Below are positions 27,378 to 36,576 of a DNA stretch of 64,000 bases, one piece after another. The position numbers were made by a program, and so were the translations under genes. The notes beneath the pieces were generated by a model. That model made no database searches and was not told the origin of the DNA. It worked only from the letters and a program-made list of their open reading frames with translations. The DNA is from Planctomycetota bacterium (GTDB taxonomy: Bacteria; Planctomycetota; UBA1135; UBA2386): assembly GCA_965228735.1 (NCBI GenBank), contig OZ245838.1, positions 4,064,001 to 4,128,000 of the forward strand, read 5' to 3'. The first letter of the stretch is position 1. Each line of letters starts with the position of its first letter.

Positions 27378-29475
27378 CGCAGACCTCCTGTTCCCAGTCC
27401 AGCCGAAACTCCGGCACGTGCAACAGGCGCCACGGATCGACGCCGAAGTCCGGTTCGATCCCGGCCCGCAGCAGCGCGGCCATGGCCTCGAACGAACGGA
27501 GGTCGACGCTCGCCGCCTCTAGCGCCGCGCGCAACTCGGCCGGCGACTCCCAGTATCCCGGTGGCGCCGTCAGCGCGGCCGGCCGATACACCGGCTCGTC
27601 GTTCAACCTGTGCTGCAGTTCGCCCGCGACCGGCACCTCCACCGGGTCGCAACCAGCAAGCAGACGCAAGAGTCGCGCGCGCTCGGCGGAATCGATCGCC
27701 ACGCCGGATCGCCCGGACTGCCAGCGCCGGAGCCCGGCGAGCCACACGACGGCCGCCTCGCCCGCGCCGTGGAGCCACGCCATCTCGGCATCGCTCGACA
27801 GCCCGTTCGGGTCGACCGCGTCCGCCGCGAGCATGCGCAGCAGCCAGTGGTCAGGGCCCGAGGACGGCATGCGACGAGCGCGGTCGCGCAGCAGCAGGCG
27901 TCGCTCCGCGCGGCTCGCGAACCGCAGGCGCAGCACGCTCACGACCTCGGGCGCCGCATCGGCGTAATCGGCTCGCGCCGTGACGCGCCGCAGCACGGTC
28001 GCGTCCCAGCAGGCGAGGTGCGCGGCCAGGAGGTCGCGGGTCGGCAGCAGGGCGGTCTGGACTGGGGTCGGCGCCACGTGCGCGGACTTGAACCCGTCGA
28101 GCACGCCCTGCGCCGTCACGGCGTCCCCCACCGAGAGCAGCGCACCGACGTCGGGGCCCGCCGATGCACGATCCGCCCCGGGGTCCGCCCGGCCGAAGAG
28201 CCGCAGTCGGCGGCGCTCGTCGCAGTCGCTCCATGCCGCCGGTACGCCGATGACCCGCGGCAGCGCGCGATACGCCACGAGCCAGGCAAGGCGGGCGTGG
28301 GCCATCGCGTCGGACGTCCCCGCGGCTTCGAAGTCCGCGATCGCGGCGAAGAACTCGCCGCGGTGCCAGCGCGCCATCCCGCGTTCGAACGCCGTCGGCG
28401 GCGCCGCGACGACGGGATCCACCCGCGTCGGCGCTTCACCTTCGCGTGCCGTCGACGTCGCCATCACGATCGCAACTGCGGCCACCGCCAGGCCCAGGCC
28501 GGCGAACACCAACGGCCAACGCGCCGCCTTCGGCGCGGCCGGTTCGATCGCGGCGCGGAGCTGCTCGCCGAACGCGGCCGCGGACGGCTGCCGCGAACCC
28601 CGGTCCTTCTGCAGCGCGGTCGCGATCACGCGATCCAGCGACTTTGGCACGTCAGATCGAACCTCGGACACCGGGCGCGGCACGAGCGACTCGACGAGCT
28701 TGAGCTCGGCGAACAGGTTGGCACCGGCGAACGGGTTCTTGCCCGTGAGCAGTTCGTAGAGCACGACGCCGAGCGCGTGCACGTCGGCGCGTTCGTCGAT
28801 CTCGTCGCCGGCGTCGAGGATCTGCTCGGGCGCCATGTACTGCGGCGTGCCAAGGATCTCGCCCGTGCGCGTGACCGGCGCCTCGGCGCCGCCGTCGCGG
28901 GCGCGCGCGATGCCGAAGTCGAGAACGCGCACGCGGCCGTCCTCGGCCCGCAGCACGTTCTCCGGCTTGATGTCACGGTGGAGAACGCCGTGGGCATGGG
29001 CCGCGGCCAGCACGTCCGCGATACCGACAGCCAGTCGCACGGCCTCACCCACCGGCAACGGCCCCTCCGCCAGCAACGCGCGCAGACTCTGACCCGGAAC
29101 GTACTCGAGCACGAGATACGGCCGGTCCTCGAGCACGTCGCAATCGAGCACGCGCACGACGCCCGGGTGGTCGATCGCCGCCTGCAGCCGCGCCTCACGC
29201 GCGAACCGCTCGCGCATCGCCGTCGCGTCCTCGCCCGACGGCGGCGGCATGATCTTGATCGCGACGCGGGTGCCGAGGTCCTGGTGATGCGCGAGGTAGA
29301 CCTCGGCCATGCCGCCCGCCGCGATCGGCCGGTCGAGCACGAACTCGCCGATCCGTTCGGGCACCGGCCGGCCGTCGCAGTGCGGACACGTGGGCGGCAT
29401 CCCGCCGATGTCCGCGAGCGTGAGCGTTCGCCCGCAGCCGCCGCAGCGGATCTGCATGCCCGGAGCCGCCGTCAT
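27364..29475 (-). CDS. Hanks-type Ser/Thr protein kinase with N-terminal Zn ribbon, one TM helix and a helical C-terminal domain
   Basis: CGGC...CPHC, GGMAEVY, VAIK, HRDIKPEN, DFGIA, GTPQYMAPEQ, then TM WPLVFAGLGLAVAAVAIVM. Confidence 0.93.
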   Translation of the reverse strand: MTAAPGMQIRCGGCGRTLTLADIGGMPPTCPHCDGRPVPERIGEFVLDRPIAAGGMAEVYLAHHQDLGTRVAIKIMPPPSGEDATAMRERFAREARLQAAIDHPGVVRVLDCDVLEDRPYLVLEYVPGQSLRALLAEGPLPVGEAVRLAVGIADVLAAAHAHGVLHRDIKPENVLRAEDGRVRVLDFGIARARDGGAEAPVTRTGEILGTPQYMAPEQILDAGDEIDERADVHALGVVLYELLTGKNPFAGANLFAELKLVESLVPRPVSEVRSDVPKSLDRVIATALQKDRGSRQPSAAAFGEQLRAAIEPAAPKAARWPLVFAGLGLAVAAVAIVMATSTAREGEAPTRVDPVVAAPPTAFERGMARWHRGEFFAAIADFEAAGTSDAMAHARLAWLVAYRALPRVIGVPAAWSDCDERRRLRLFGRADPGADRASAGPDVGALLSVGDAVTAQGVLDGFKSAHVAPTPVQTALLPTRDLLAAHLACWDATVLRRVTARADYADAAPEVVSVLRLRFASRAERRLLLRDRARRMPSSGPDHWLLRMLAADAVDPNGLSSDAEMAWLHGAGEAAVVWLAGLRRWQSGRSGVAIDSAERARLLRLLAGCDPVEVPVAGELQHRLNDEPVYRPAALTAPPGYWESPAELRAALEAASVDLRSFEAMAALLRAGIEPDFGVDPWRLLHVPEFRLDWEQEVCGGVE

Positions 29476-30861
29476 CTACATGTCCCGGAAGCGGTCGACG
29501 TAGCGCCGCAACACGCGACTGTAGTCGGTGGCCATGGCGCGCACGCGCGCGACGTCCCGGTCGTCGTCGGTCTCGAACTCGCGCCGCGCGAACGCGAGCG
29601 CGTCCTGCAGCGCGCGATCGGCCGCGGCCCACTGCCGGCGCTGCCCGTGCTTCGCCATCTCGTGCATGCCCTCGGCCAGAACGGCGATCGTGTAGTTCTT
29701 GCGCACCTCGGGGTCGCGCTGCGGCCGGCCGCCCTCGGACACGAACCGCAGCTCATCGAGTGCCGCGACCGAGTTGGTCGACGCGCCGCTGCGATAGCTC
29801 AGCGTGGCACGAACATCGGCCATGCGCTCGCCCGCCCTCGCCTTGCCGCGCACCCGGCAGACCGCCAGCACCACGCCCGTGGCACCCCGGTTGAGGTTCG
29901 GCAGCTCGACGATGTAGCGCCCTTCGTGACCCTCGACGTCGTGGCCGATCACGCGCTCGAGGCGCAGACCGTCCGGCAACTCGAACCGCAGATCGACGCG
30001 TCGTGCGACGGGCGCGACGAGGGCCTCGTGCTCGTCGACGAAGACCTTCTGCACGTCCTGCCCGTCGGCGACGTAGTGGAACAGCCCGCGGCCACCGCGC
30101 GCGAGCCGGTCGAGCAACGCGACGTCGAGGTTGCGGCCGACTCCGATCGTCGACAGGTCGATCTCGCCCTCGGTCGTGAAGCCCGACGCCGCCGCGAGGA
30201 TGCGCTCGGGATCCGTCTCGCCGCGGTTGGCGATCCCGTCGGTCAAGAGCAGCACCCGGTTGCTCGACGACGGTCGCGCCGCCCGGCTGACTTCCTGCAA
30301 ACCGAGCATCAACCCGCCGTGCAGATTGGTCGCGCCGCCCGGCTCGAGGCGCGCGATCGCGTCCTGCAGCCAGCGCCCGTCACCGAGCTCGCGACCGGCG
30401 GCATCGAGGCGCGCCTCGCTGTCGTACGACACGAGGGCTACGCGATCGTGCGGTCGCAGCCGATCCACGAACGCGCGCAGTGCGGCCTTGACCTGTCGCA
30501 TCTTCCCGGCCTCCTCCATCGACCCGCTGCGGTCGATGACGAGCGCGAGGTTCAGCGGCGGCAGGTCGGCGCGGTCGTCGCCCGGCGCGGTCGTGTAGCC
30601 GAACTGCACGACGACCTCGTCGCCGGGACCGAGCACGCGGCTGCTCGCGCGCACGTCGAGCATCACGCTCTCGTCTGCACGCGGCAGCGGCAGCCGGTGG
30701 CGGTGGTAGTTGACGATGTCCGCGACGGCCACCTCGAGCGGCGTCGGCAGCTTGCCGAGGGCGGCGGCTTCCCGGGTGCGGGCGTGGCCGAACGAGGAAC
30801 CCGCGTCCTGCGCAAGCAGGCTGGACAGCAGGGACAACGACGAAACCAAGATCTGGCGCAT
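29476..30861 (-). CDS. Secreted von Willebrand factor A (VWA, YfbK-like) domain protein
   Basis: Signal peptide MRQILVSSLSLLSSLLAQ, LPTP..V.VADIVNY, MIDAS DRSGS, GGATNL, LLTDG.AN.G. Confidence 0.88.
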   Translation of the reverse strand: MRQILVSSLSLLSSLLAQDAGSSFGHARTREAAALGKLPTPLEVAVADIVNYHRHRLPLPRADESVMLDVRASSRVLGPGDEVVVQFGYTTAPGDDRADLPPLNLALVIDRSGSMEEAGKMRQVKAALRAFVDRLRPHDRVALVSYDSEARLDAAGRELGDGRWLQDAIARLEPGGATNLHGGLMLGLQEVSRAARPSSSNRVLLLTDGIANRGETDPERILAAASGFTTEGEIDLSTIGVGRNLDVALLDRLARGGRGLFHYVADGQDVQKVFVDEHEALVAPVARRVDLRFELPDGLRLERVIGHDVEGHEGRYIVELPNLNRGATGVVLAVCRVRGKARAGERMADVRATLSYRSGASTNSVAALDELRFVSEGGRPQRDPEVRKNYTIAVLAEGMHEMAKHGQRRQWAAADRALQDALAFARREFETDDDRDVARVRAMATDYSRVLRRYVDRFRDM

Positions 30862-30912
30862 GTGGTCTACTCCGGTCAAGAACGACCGAGAGAACCGGGT
30901 GCGCCCGAGACC

Positions 30913-31335
30913 TTACCGCAAACTCTCGATTCGGCCCGCGGCGTCCACGATCTGGGTGATCCGGAGACCGTAGGCGTCGTCCACGAGCACGACCTCGCCG
31001 CGGGCGACGAGCTTGCCGTTCACCCGCAGATCGACCGGCTCCTCGCTCTTCTTGTCGAGCGCGATCACGCTGCCGGGCACGAGCTTGAGCACGTCCTCGA
31101 GGCACATCTCCGTGCGACCGACCTCCACCGAGATCGGAATCTCGACATCCAACAGCAGGTCGAGGTTCTTGTTGGCCTCGCCCTGGGAGCCGTTGCCGAG
31201 TTGACCGAAGGCGACCGGCTGAACCGCCGCTTCCGCGAACTCGGCCGCGGCGTTGGCGACTTCACCTTCGCTCCAGCTGCCGCTGCCTTCGCCGTCGCCG
31301 CTGGCGCCGGTGTTGCTGTCATTGGGGTCGGTCAT
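30913..31335 (-). CDS. fliN: Flagellar motor switch protein FliN
   Basis: NLDLLLDVEIPISVEVGR, GSVIALDK, VNGKLVARGEVVLVDD.YGLRIT. Confidence 0.93.
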   Translation of the reverse strand: MTDPNDSNTGASGDGEGSGSWSEGEVANAAAEFAEAAVQPVAFGQLGNGSQGEANKNLDLLLDVEIPISVEVGRTEMCLEDVLKLVPGSVIALDKKSEEPVDLRVNGKLVARGEVVLVDDAYGLRITQIVDAAGRIESLR

Positions 31336-31350
31336 GCGTCCTGGGTTCGT

Positions 31351-32346
31351 CTAACCGTCGATGACATCGGCAACCTGGAGCCCGATTCTGTTGCCAATCC
31401 GCCCGACATGGGCCCGGAACTTCGGCTTGCCCTGGACCGGGACCGTCGCCAGCTGCCCGAGACGGCGCTCGAGCGGGATCACGTCACCGGGCTGCAGGTC
31501 CAGCATCTGCCGCAGCCGAATCCGGGCTTCCCCCAGCTCGCCAGCCAGGTGGATCGGCACCCGCCGCAGCGTCGACGCCAGGGTCTCCTGCATCGCCCCG
31601 ACCTCGACCGTGGCCGTTCGGTCGCGCGTGAAACTCTCGATCATCGGCTCGATCGACGAGAACGGAATCGTCAGTCGGAGATCGCCGATGAGGAAGTCGC
31701 CTGCGACCTGGAAGTAGACCGTCATCACGACGTCCTGCGACGGCAGGATCTGCGCGAACGAAGGATTGCAGAACCGCTTCTCGATCTTCCACTCGAGCTG
31801 CACGACTTCCCGCAGACTCTCGACGATCCGGTCGAGACACGGACCGATCAGCGCCTCGGCAACCGTGTATTCCGCGGCCGTGAAGTCATCAGGGATTCGA
31901 GCGACCTTGCCCGAACCACCGAGGATGCGGTCCACCGCCCCGTAGAGCAGACTCGTACTGGCGGTCAGCAGGCATGGGAACTCGAACGGCTTCAGCTCGA
32001 GCACGTAGAACGAAACCGGCCCCGGCACCGTATCGAGCCAGGCGCCGAATCGTTGCTGCTCGACGGCAACGCAATCGCACCGAATTTCGGTACGGAGCTT
32101 GTCGCTGATCGTCGCCGAGAGCAGCTTGCCGGCGCTCTCGAAGTGACGCTCGATCCCTCGCAGCTGCTCGCGCCCGAGGCGATTGGGTTTCAGCAGGTCA
32201 ATCGGACTCACGACCCGATGACCCGAGTCGATCACGGGGGCGTCGGCCGAGTGGGGCGAATCGCTCTCCACGTCGACATCCCCGCCCTCTGTGCGGAACA
32301 TGTCGAGCAGGGTGTCGATCTCTTCGTTGCTGAGGATCTCGTTCAC
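31351..32346 (-). CDS. fliM: Flagellar motor switch protein FliM
   Basis: N-terminal CheY-binding motif EILSNEEIDTLL, DRILGGSG, C-terminal SpoA domain LQPGDVIPL. GTG start inferred at 32346. Confidence 0.9.
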   Translation of the reverse strand: MNEILSNEEIDTLLDMFRTEGGDVDVESDSPHSADAPVIDSGHRVVSPIDLLKPNRLGREQLRGIERHFESAGKLLSATISDKLRTEIRCDCVAVEQQRFGAWLDTVPGPVSFYVLELKPFEFPCLLTASTSLLYGAVDRILGGSGKVARIPDDFTAAEYTVAEALIGPCLDRIVESLREVVQLEWKIEKRFCNPSFAQILPSQDVVMTVYFQVAGDFLIGDLRLTIPFSSIEPMIESFTRDRTATVEVGAMQETLASTLRRVPIHLAGELGEARIRLRQMLDLQPGDVIPLERRLGQLATVPVQGKPKFRAHVGRIGNRIGLQVADVIDG

Positions 32347-32404
32347 GGGGGGGGTCCTGTCGGGCTTGGGGGCGCCGGGCACTAGCGTTCGGATGACGTC
32401 GGCT

Positions 32405-32917
32405 TCACTGGAACAACTTCTGTTGCCACATGAGCCGCACGATCTCGGCGATCGGCTCCTCTTCGCCAAGCGTCGGGAAGATCGCGCGATTGAGTTCGTC
32501 GAGGATCGCCTTCTCGGCCATGCGGAAGCCAGCCTCCGTGCGCAACTCCGCCATCGATCGCTGTGACAGCAGCGTCAGCACGCGTGAGTAGGCCTCGGTC
32601 CACGCTTCCTTGATCCGCTCGAACGCGTCGTGCTCCAGGTCTTCGCGGGCGCGATAAACGAACTGGAACTTGAACTTCGCCGTGCCACGCCCGGTCTTCG
32701 AGACCGGGTTGAACACGAACTCGAGGACATCCGGATGCTGGATGTCCCACTCCTGCAGCACGGGTTTCTCGACCTCGACCTCCACCACCTTCGGCGGGAC
32801 GGCAAAGACCACGCCGACACCACCCAGGGCGGCGCCCACGGCTACGAGAACGATCGCAGGAAGTCCCTTCTTCTTGCCCTCGGCCTCTTGGCCCTCGTCC
32901 TTCTTCTTGTCGGCCAC
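32405..32917 (-). CDS. fliL: Flagellar basal body protein FliL
   Basis: Lys-rich N-terminus KKK, single TM, FVFN, L.T.AG motif, position before fliM, GGAGG RBS. Confidence 0.75.
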   Translation of the reverse strand: MADKKKDEGQEAEGKKKGLPAIVLVAVGAALGGVGVVFAVPPKVVEVEVEKPVLQEWDIQHPDVLEFVFNPVSKTGRGTAKFKFQFVYRAREDLEHDAFERIKEAWTEAYSRVLTLLSQRSMAELRTEAGFRMAEKAILDELNRAIFPTLGEEEPIAEIVRLMWQQKLFQ

Positions 32918-33072
32918 GTGCTGCTCTCCTCCGTTGCTGCGATGCCGATCCCCTGCGACTGCAGGCGTCGTGTCGGAGGTATCGGCACCCCGGGGCAGCA
33001 GAGTGTTGCGAAAGCGGCCGGACCGTCGGGAAAGCCAGCGGTCGGACGAGTCGGAAAAAGGCGCTCACGGCG

Positions 33073-34173
33073 TCATTTCCCCGTTGGCGCCGCCTCTTTG
33101 CTGACGAGCAGACGCTTCTTGAGCACGTCGCGAATCAGCGCATTGTCGAGCATCTGGATGATCTCGTTGACCTTGTCCTTCTGCATGAACTCGAACGTCT
33201 TGAGGACCTCGGTCTGGCCGTCGTCGGTCTTCCACTGCTGCTGTATCAGCTCGGCGGCCTTCTGGGCCTCGAACGACTCGAGCGTCTTCGCGTTGCGACG
33301 CAGCGCCTCGACCTCATCGTTGCGCACGAGCTTGACCTGATCCTGGAACTGCCGGATGCGCTCGTCGAGCCGCCGCTGCGCGCTGACGATGTCCTCGCGC
33401 ATGCGACCGAGCTCGAGATGCCGCCGGCTGACGTCGTCGGCCAGCTCTTGCAGTTCTTTCTCGCGCAGATCGAGCGCGGTCTTGCGCTTGCCGAGGTCCT
33501 CGAGCTCGAGCTGCACGCGCTCCCACGCTTCGTTGAGCTGCTCCGGCGAGATTCCCGCCGGCATACCCTGGAAGTTGAAGAACCCGCCCGGCGCGTAACG
33601 GTTGGTCTGCTCCTGCGCGAGCGCGATCTCACGCGCCGAGAAGTCACGCTCCGCACTGCCGGCACCGTGCCCACTCGGTGCCCGCGCCGGGGCCGGCGTG
33701 TGCGTGCCCTCGGCTTTCTTGTGACCGTCCTCCTCGGCGTGCGCATCGTCGCCATGACCGTCGTCGGCACCGTGGCCACCGCCGTGGCCACCGCCGTGAC
33801 CCCCGCCATGCCCGTCGTCGCCGCCCTCGGGTTCCGGATTGAGCACCGACTTGCCGGTCTTGACCGGCCGGGGCCCCTGCGGGCCGGGCGCCTGACCGCC
33901 TTCGTGGCCGGCCTCGGTCGTGCCCGGCTCACCGCTGTGCGAGCCCTCCGCGACCTCGCCGTGCGGCGCGGCACCGGGTTGACCTTCGGCGTGGGCTCCG
34001 TCCTCGCCGGCCTCCTCGCCATGGCCGTCGGGCGGCGGGGGGAAGAACGAACTCAACACCGGGATGTTGGCGACGCCCTCGTGGTTGAGGCGGCCCGTCG
34101 CAGCGAGCCCACCGATCAGCGAGCCACCGAACAGGAGCACCCCGATCACACCGTTCACGATCAGCTTCTTCAC
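33073..34173 (-). CDS. Membrane-anchored coiled-coil protein in the YlxF/FlbB/MotE position, with a long His/Gly-rich linker
   Basis: GTGA overlap with the fliJ stop, N-terminal TM, GH repeats, coiled coil, then AKTLESFEAQKAAELI...M..DKVNEII resembling the MotE/MgtE-N helical domain. Confidence 0.6.
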   Translation of the reverse strand: MKKLIVNGVIGVLLFGGSLIGGLAATGRLNHEGVANIPVLSSFFPPPPDGHGEEAGEDGAHAEGQPGAAPHGEVAEGSHSGEPGTTEAGHEGGQAPGPQGPRPVKTGKSVLNPEPEGGDDGHGGGHGGGHGGGHGADDGHGDDAHAEEDGHKKAEGTHTPAPARAPSGHGAGSAERDFSAREIALAQEQTNRYAPGGFFNFQGMPAGISPEQLNEAWERVQLELEDLGKRKTALDLREKELQELADDVSRRHLELGRMREDIVSAQRRLDERIRQFQDQVKLVRNDEVEALRRNAKTLESFEAQKAAELIQQQWKTDDGQTEVLKTFEFMQKDKVNEIIQMLDNALIRDVLKKRLLVSKEAAPTGK

Positions 34174-34595
34174 TTCTTGCCCTCCCGGATGAGCTGCGCG
34201 AGCTCGTCGAGTTCTGCCTGTTCGGTCCGCTGCGAGTCCACGCGCCACTCCTCGTGCTCACGTTCCCGCCACTGCTCGAGCGCCCCGAGCTCCCGCTTCT
34301 TCTGCACGTAGTCCGCACGCACGGTCTCGAGCTGCGCCGCCATCTGACGCTGCCGCGTCAACAGCTGGAACTCGTGCCGCGACAGCCCGGCTGCAAGCGC
34401 ACTTGCGAGCGTTTCACCGAGCCCGCCACGCGCTGCCGCTTCGCTGAACTCGCGGCGACCGTGCGCCGCCGCGACCAGCTGTTGATCGACCTCGTGCAAC
34501 GCCGCCGTCGCCCGCGCGAGCTCACGCCGCGACGCGCGCTCGAGCTGGGAGCGCAACCGCAGCAGCGGATCGAGTCGGAAACGAAATCGGCGCAT
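34170..34595 (-). CDS. fliJ: Flagellar export protein FliJ
   Basis: MRRFRFRLDPLLRLR start and EQAELDE end, helical, directly after fliI. Confidence 0.88.
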   Translation of the reverse strand: MRRFRFRLDPLLRLRSQLERASRRELARATAALHEVDQQLVAAAHGRREFSEAAARGGLGETLASALAAGLSRHEFQLLTRQRQMAAQLETVRADYVQKKRELGALEQWREREHEEWRVDSQRTEQAELDELAQLIREGKK

Positions 34596-34660
34596 ATCGC
34601 TCTATCGACCGTGACACGGGCGGTTCGTGAGCGCATTGCCGGGTTTCGGAAGGCCGCGAC

Positions 34661-35974
34661 TCACCCCGCTGCAGCCGCGTCGAGCAGCTGCAGCGTCGCC
34701 GCTGCCGGCCGCAGTCCGGGCGCGCCGAACAACAGCTGCTCGATCGCCGGCTGTTGGGCAATCGCACGATCGAGCTCCGGATCGGACCCCGGGCGATAGG
34801 CACCGACCGTTACGAGATCACGATTCTCCTCATAGCGCGCCATCAGCGTGCGCACCTTCTGCGCCGCATCGCGGTGCGCGTCCGTCGTCACCTTGGGCAT
34901 CAGGCGGCTGACCGAACCGAGCACGTCGATCGCCGGGAAGTTGCCGCGCTCGGCCACGCGGCGGCTGAGCACGATGTGACCGTCGAGGTAGCCGCGCATC
35001 GCGTCGGCCACGGGTTCGTTCATGTCGTCGCCGTCCACGAGGACGGTGAACAGGCCGGTGATCGTGCCGCGCACGTCGTTGCCGAGACGTTCGACGAGGC
35101 GCGGCAGCAACGAGAACAGCGACGGCGGATAGCCGCGCAGAGTCGGAGGTTCACCGGCGGCGAGGCCGACCTCGCGCACGGCCGTCGCATAGCGCGTCAC
35201 CGAGTCCATCATGAACATCACGTCCGCGCCTTGATCACGGAACGACTCCGCGATGGTCACGGCAGCCAGCGGCGCCTTCATGCGCAGCATCGGCGGCTCG
35301 TCGGACGTGCACGCGATGACGACGCTCTTCTGCAACCCCTCCGGGCCGAGGGTGTCGGCGACGAACTCACCGACCTCGCGGCCGCGTTCGCCGATGAGTG
35401 CGATCACGTTGACCTGGCCGGCGTCGCTCTTGGCGATGTTGCCCATGAGCGTCGACTTGCCGACGCCCGAGCCCGCGAAGATGCCGACGCGCTGGCCCTT
35501 GCCGCACGTCAACATGCCGTCGATCGCGGAAACGCCGGTCTCGATCGGCTCGTGAATCGGCGCGCGCTGCAGTGGCGACGGGCTCGAACCGACGAGCGCG
35601 CGACTCATCCCCCCTGGCGCCGGACCACCATCCAGCGGGCGGCCGAGCGCGTCCACGACTCGACCGAGCAGCGCGGGACCGACGGGCACTTCGAGCGGCC
35701 GGTGTTCGTTGACCACCCGGTCCCACGGCGCCACGCGGTGGTGGTCGCCGAGCGTCAGCACGACGGTGTCGTCGCCGTCGAAGCCGACGACCTCGGCCGG
35801 GATCGGCGTCTCGCCGCCCTCGGCCGCAATGGTGCAGACATCGCCGATCGCCGCGTGCAGGCCCTGCACGTGCACCGCGATCCCGCGGATCGCGCGAACG
35901 CGCCCTTCGGCCCGGGGGCGATTCACGGCGCGGGCGCTGTCCAGCGCGCGCCGCAGCTCGGCCGGCAACGTCAC
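34661..35974 (-). CDS. fliI: Flagellar export ATPase FliI
   Basis: GIFAGSGVGKS, ALIGERGREV, MMDSVTRYA, GEPPTLRGYPPS, LDGHIVLSR, FPAIDV..SVSR. Confidence 0.95.
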   Translation of the reverse strand: MTLPAELRRALDSARAVNRPRAEGRVRAIRGIAVHVQGLHAAIGDVCTIAAEGGETPIPAEVVGFDGDDTVVLTLGDHHRVAPWDRVVNEHRPLEVPVGPALLGRVVDALGRPLDGGPAPGGMSRALVGSSPSPLQRAPIHEPIETGVSAIDGMLTCGKGQRVGIFAGSGVGKSTLMGNIAKSDAGQVNVIALIGERGREVGEFVADTLGPEGLQKSVVIACTSDEPPMLRMKAPLAAVTIAESFRDQGADVMFMMDSVTRYATAVREVGLAAGEPPTLRGYPPSLFSLLPRLVERLGNDVRGTITGLFTVLVDGDDMNEPVADAMRGYLDGHIVLSRRVAERGNFPAIDVLGSVSRLMPKVTTDAHRDAAQKVRTLMARYEENRDLVTVGAYRPGSDPELDRAIAQQPAIEQLLFGAPGLRPAAATLQLLDAAAAG

Positions 35975-36564
35975 CGCGCGACCTCGCGCCGAACCTCGGC
36001 GCAGACTCGTTCGAGAGCGTCACGCGGATCGTACCGCAGCCGACCGGCGTCCGTTTCGACCCGCGCCGCGCCGCGCGCGACCTGCGGATCGGGCACGAAG
36101 CGCGTCGCCTTCAGCTGTTCCGTGAGCCCGGGCATCGCCGCGAGTCGGGTCTGCGCGAGTTCGAGATCCTCGGGATGGAGATGCACCTCGATCTCGGAGT
36201 CCTTCGCGCCACGGATGCAATCGCGCAGACTCCGTGCGACGACTGGCACGACGTCGACCGAACCCTGATCGAGTGCGGCTCCGACGATCTCACGCGCGAC
36301 GCCGAGGCCGAGTTCGACGGCCAGACCGGCGACTTCATCGAGCCGCTGATTCACTTGGCCAGGCAGGGCCTGAAACGCCTGCAGCGTCGAGTCGACGATC
36401 GCCCGCAACGCGGCCGAGTCCTCGCCCTCACGCTTCTGCCGATCACGCAGGGTCATGAGCCAGCGCACGCGCGTGGCCTTCTTGCTGTCCGCGGCGGGAC
36501 GCGCGTCGTGCAGCTCGAGCCGCCGCAACGGCTCGTCCATCGGCACCCGGATCGTCGTAGCCAT
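35971..36564 (-). CDS. fliH: Flagellar assembly protein FliH
   Basis: VHLHPEDL and DPQVARGAARVETDAG, located between fliG and fliI. Confidence 0.85.
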   Translation of the reverse strand: MATTIRVPMDEPLRRLELHDARPAADSKKATRVRWLMTLRDRQKREGEDSAALRAIVDSTLQAFQALPGQVNQRLDEVAGLAVELGLGVAREIVGAALDQGSVDVVPVVARSLRDCIRGAKDSEIEVHLHPEDLELAQTRLAAMPGLTEQLKATRFVPDPQVARGAARVETDAGRLRYDPRDALERVCAEVRREVAR

Positions 36565-36576
36565 GATGAGTCCGGG

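Noticed and set aside
27610..32385. Very long ORFs such as 27610..32385 (+), 17159..20917 (-), 21360..24665 (+), 37099..40182 (+) and 9752..12709 (-)
   Set aside because: Antisense or off-frame shadows of well-supported genes. They are Arg/Ala-rich with no motifs, as expected from stop-codon scarcity at high GC.
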